This document shows, one piece after another, positions 60,761-64,000 of a DNA stretch of 64,000 bases (within the stretch, counting starts at the first letter, position 1; each line of letters begins with the position of its first letter). The notes under the pieces are model-generated. The model was not told the origin of the DNA, searched no databases, and was given only the letters and a program-made list of their open reading frames with translations. The stretch covers positions 32,001-96,000 of the forward strand of contig JAHLWP010000006.1 in assembly GCA_019057865.1 (NCBI GenBank), written 5' to 3'. Source of the DNA: Promethearchaeota archaeon. GTDB taxonomy: Archaea; Asgardarchaeota; Lokiarchaeia; Sigyniarchaeales; SOKP01. Made by a program: the position numbers and the translations under genes.

Positions 60761-62395
60761 TCAACTCTCTTCAATATTTATAACTCTTAAATTTTCAATT
60801 TTTTTTTTCATTTCCAAATTCGAAATAATAAAAACCAAATTAGTTGTTGTTAGATTTTCTTCACTTTCAAATACAGGTAATATTTTTCTAATTGTTCTAT
60901 AAATTGAAAGCTTGTTATATTGACTTAGTAAAAATACATTTGAGAAGACAATTGTTTCAATTTTTAGAATGATTTTAATTGAGATATATAAAATTATAAC
61001 AAAAAAAATTTTTTCAGGAGTGGTTAATTCCTCAAACTTTATATGTTCTTCATTATTACGCATAAAATTTAATTGAACAAAAAAAAAATTATTTTCATTA
61101 TTGATCGTTATTTGTAATTGAGATTCTATATTGATTTTAGCTAAAAATTTATTGAGTAGTTCTTCAAGTTCATTAAGTAGGGTTTCAAATTTTCTAAATC
61201 TTTCAAAGATCTCTAACATTTCATTTTGATCATATTTAATAATGAGTTCTTCTCTTTTTAATTTTAAAAGCTCTTCAAATTCTAGTAATTTTTTAGTAAT
61301 TAGAGAAAAATTCTCTGGATTCTCTGGATCTATTTGATTATTTAAATTTAAGATTTCACTTAATTCAGCGTTTAGATTTTCAATTTCTTCTTCGATTTCA
61401 TTAGTTAATCTTATAGATTGAACATTTTTGATGTTAAGATCTTCATCAGAAATATCTTCATATTCTTTTATTTTTTCTTTATATTCATCTTTTAGGTTAT
61501 TTATTTTATAGTGATCATTTTCAATTATATCTAAAAGATTTTGATAGTCTTTTTCAAATATTTCATATCGGGGATATAATTCTTCAAATTTTAAACTAGT
61601 TTCATGTAATTTTGTTTTAATTTCATTAATCTCGTATTGAATCTTTTTAGCTTTTTTCTGAAGGGCTTGGATTTTTTCTGCATTTGTTAAATTTTCATCG
61701 AATTCTATTGTTAATTTTAAATCATCTTTCTTTTCCTTTTTTACTCCTTCCATTTGTCTTGTTATACTATTAATCTGATTAAAACATTCTTTCTTTTGTT
61801 TATTTAAATTCTGGATTTTTAAATTATAATCATCTAATGTTTTCTTAACTTGATCAATCCGATTTTTATGTTGTAGAAAGTCTTCTTCCAAATATTTCAA
61901 TTTATTTTTGTTATTTATTAGTGATTCATTTAGTTTTTCTATTAAATTTGAAATAGCAGTTAATTTACTTGATCGTTTACTAGCTTCTGATAATTTTAAT
62001 TCTTTTAATAGTATCTTCTTTTTTTTAAGAAGTAGATTAAATTCAAAAGTATGAATTATAGACTGAATCAGTTTATTATATTGAGAAAAAATTTCAATAT
62101 TATTATTAATTGTTCTATGAAATTCTCCCAAGTAGTCTAATAGCTTTGGAGCTTTACTTAATTCAGAAAAATTTTTCGCTTGATTTTGAAAAATTTCAAT
62201 AAATTCATCAATTGGAATTAAATCATAATTTTTGGAAATTTTCAAATAACGTTCATCTTGAAACTGAGCTAATAAATTTTTTTTGAATTTTCCAAGGATT
62301 AAAGTAAATCTATCAGTAATCACAATTTCTTTTTCGCCAATGGAAATTTTCAAATTATTTAATTGAATTATAGATTCAGCTCTATTTTTTTTCAA
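60761..62395 (-). CDS. SMC/Rad50-like coiled-coil protein with degenerate ABC head
   Basis: LNNLK..FTLILG (no Walker A), long coiled coil, FEELTTPEK (degenerate LSGGEK), LVFIIS. Confidence 0.65.
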   Translation of the reverse strand: MKKNRAESIIQLNNLKISIGEKEIVITDRFTLILGKFKKNLLAQFQDERYLKISKNYDLIPIDEFIEIFQNQAKNFSELSKAPKLLDYLGEFHRTINNNIEIFSQYNKLIQSIIHTFEFNLLLKKKKILLKELKLSEASKRSSKLTAISNLIEKLNESLINNKNKLKYLEEDFLQHKNRIDQVKKTLDDYNLKIQNLNKQKKECFNQINSITRQMEGVKKEKKDDLKLTIEFDENLTNAEKIQALQKKAKKIQYEINEIKTKLHETSLKFEELYPRYEIFEKDYQNLLDIIENDHYKINNLKDEYKEKIKEYEDISDEDLNIKNVQSIRLTNEIEEEIENLNAELSEILNLNNQIDPENPENFSLITKKLLEFEELLKLKREELIIKYDQNEMLEIFERFRKFETLLNELEELLNKFLAKINIESQLQITINNENNFFFVQLNFMRNNEEHIKFEELTTPEKIFFVIILYISIKIILKIETIVFSNVFLLSQYNKLSIYRTIRKILPVFESEENLTTTNLVFIISNLEMKKKIENLRVINIEES

Positions 62396-63422
62396 AATGG
62401 TCTTTAAATTTTTTGTATTCTTTTTCTTTTCTTTTTTTTCTTTCTCTTATTAAATCGAGTGGATCTTGTTCATCATCTTTTGGAATCATATAGTCATCTT
62501 TGAATCTCTTTTCAAACTTAGATTTAAATTTATTAATTTTTTCAGATATTTCATCACTAATTTCTAAAGGCTTTTTTTCTTCAACTTCTAGAACAATATC
62601 AGATAATTTCTCCCTTTTTTTTTTACGTCTTCTTCTTTCGAATTCCGTGTCAGAATATTTAAAGTATTCTTCATACGTCTCTTTTTGCTCTTCTTGCTTC
62701 TTTTTTAATTTTTTTAATTCTTCTTTATCTCTAGCCTTTTTAATAATTTCTTCCTTTGCTATTAATTCTTGTTTGGTTAATTGAGTTTCGGTTTCTTTTA
62801 AGAATTCCTTGAAATTTAAATTAGGATTTTCCATAAAAAATCTTTCGAACTCTTTTACTAATAATGTGGCAGTATTATTAGGAATTTTACTTAATTCTAT
62901 TTTAAGTTTCTTTTGAATTAAATCACTATAAAATGAATTAACATTATTTATTACATCTAAAAACAAAGAATTTTGTTTCAAAGAATCTACTAATTCTAAC
63001 CATTGGTTTAATTCAACTGAAGGGATGAAAGAAGGTTCATCAATGACTCTACTAATCGTTTTATTTTCTATAAGAAATAAGCCAATTTTCTTAGTATTAT
63101 CTTCATTTATTTTTAATTTCCTTAAGTTTTCTTTGAAGAGATCTTTATACTTTTTAATTAAGTTATCTTGGAAGTCTAAAAATTTTATAATGTTATTATT
63201 TGAAATCTTAATTAATTTAGCATTTAAGTTATTTAATAAATTAGTAGTATCTTCTATTTGCTCAAGAAATTCTTTATTAGAAAATTGTTTAATTAGAAAT
63301 TGTTTATTTTGTATAACTCTTTTTGAAATTTCATTTAACTGATTAATCTCACTTTGAAGTTCTTCTATTGGAGAAGTTAATTCCTTAATTTTTCCAAGGT
63401 TGAATATTTGGTTTTTTATCAT
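62382..63422 (-). CDS. Hypothetical charged coiled-coil protein
   Basis: 346-aa K/E-rich ORF overlapping the downstream gene start. Confidence 0.75.
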   Translation of the reverse strand: MIKNQIFNLGKIKELTSPIEELQSEINQLNEISKRVIQNKQFLIKQFSNKEFLEQIEDTTNLLNNLNAKLIKISNNNIIKFLDFQDNLIKKYKDLFKENLRKLKINEDNTKKIGLFLIENKTISRVIDEPSFIPSVELNQWLELVDSLKQNSLFLDVINNVNSFYSDLIQKKLKIELSKIPNNTATLLVKEFERFFMENPNLNFKEFLKETETQLTKQELIAKEEIIKKARDKEELKKLKKKQEEQKETYEEYFKYSDTEFERRRRKKKREKLSDIVLEVEEKKPLEISDEISEKINKFKSKFEKRFKDDYMIPKDDEQDPLDLIRERKKRKEKEYKKFKDHFEKK

Positions 63423-63448
63423 TTTTAAAGAAAAATATTATTAGAATT

Positions 63449-64000
63449 TTAAATTTCTGGTGGACTTGGTAAATCTCTTCTTTTTTCCTTATATTTTTCT
63501 GATCTATTATAATACCTTTTTGTATTACTTAATAGATCCTGCCTTTCAACATGATTTGCAGTGCCTCCGACTAATTTTAAAGAATCATAAAAAAGATCAT
63601 AAGTTAAAAGCTCTGTATTTATTGCCTTTAATATTGCAACTCTAGTACCTCTTTCAATATCAGATCCAGAATATCCATATGTTAATTCTAAAAGTCCATC
63701 TTTCTTTCCTTTTTTATTTATTGCATCCCATAATATATTATTATCAAATTCAGAAATTTTATGACCTAATTTGACTTCCAAATCTTTAGTTATTGCTTGA
63801 ATTTTGTTGAACTCATTGTTTAAATTTGTGAAAATATTATTATCAATGCCTATTTTTGCTTGTTTTAATTTATTAAGAAATGATTCAATAATTTGTTTCC
63901 TTAAATAATAATCGGGGAAATCAAATTTAAAATGAAATGTAAAACGCCGCCAAATTGCTGAATCTAATTGATGCTGATGATTAGTTGCTCCAAATATAGC
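63449..64000 (-). CDS. AAA+ ATPase, C-terminal part (5' outside window)
   Basis: Frame open to the window edge: AIFGATNHQHQLDSAIWRRF, lid GYSGSDIE. Confidence 0.9.
   Translation of the reverse strand, partial: AIFGATNHQHQLDSAIWRRFTFHFKFDFPDYYLRKQIIESFLNKLKQAKIGIDNNIFTNLNNEFNKIQAITKDLEVKLGHKISEFDNNILWDAINKKGKKDGLLELTYGYSGSDIERGTRVAILKAINTELLTYDLFYDSLKLVGGTANHVERQDLLSNTKRYYNRSEKYKEKRRDLPSPPEI

Noticed and set aside
2346-63645. Many short antisense or nested ORFs in the track (e.g. 2346-2570, 6119-6583, 20086-20439, 40737-41243, 62500-63342)
   Set aside because: Shadows of well-supported genes on the opposite strand or in another frame.
1-64000. CRISPR arrays, rRNA, intact IS/integrase, selenoprotein UGA/SECIS
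   Set aside because: No repeat-spacer array, rRNA-like segment, intact recombinase or in-frame TGA in a conserved gene was seen; covariance-model searches were not possible.

Overview
Very AT-rich archaeal chromosomal window. Gene content (profilin-like protein, KITE/MAGE-like protein, TACK/Asgard-type housekeeping genes, intron-containing tRNAs) points to an Asgard archaeon, most likely Lokiarchaeia; this is an inference, as no database search was run. Most of the window is housekeeping: nob1-fen1-cdc48, herA, PPi-type pfk, porGDAB, t6A/KEOPS genes, ECF transporter, a partly inverted exosome/proteasome superoperon, rpl2, gatDE, elp3, pyrDK, nop5-flpA, mat, hypB and four tRNAs, three with introns. 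Top finding: the RNase HII gene (rnhB, minus strand, 49482-50210) is split inside its invariant DEAGRGP motif by a 30-nt insert with an in-frame TAG. The insert folds as a relaxed bulge-helix-bulge whose predicted cuts restore GGT-AGA-GGG exactly. It shares its 5' splice context (CUGGUAG^A) with the D-loop intron of tRNA-Ser(GCT) in this window, making it a candidate tRNA-type mRNA intron in an Asgard protein-coding gene. Other leads: tandem RHH-HisKA-REC regulators without an ATPase domain opposite a variant TFB; an AN1-finger site-2 protease next to an AN1-finger catalytically dead rhomboid (Derlin-like, ERAD-like); an AAA ATPase/coiled-coil/degenerate SMC/MAGE-like operon; a 133-bp direct repeat around a decaying accessory islet at the FGGY kinase; an AbiEii-like nucleotidyltransferase; and two probable ATT start codons.
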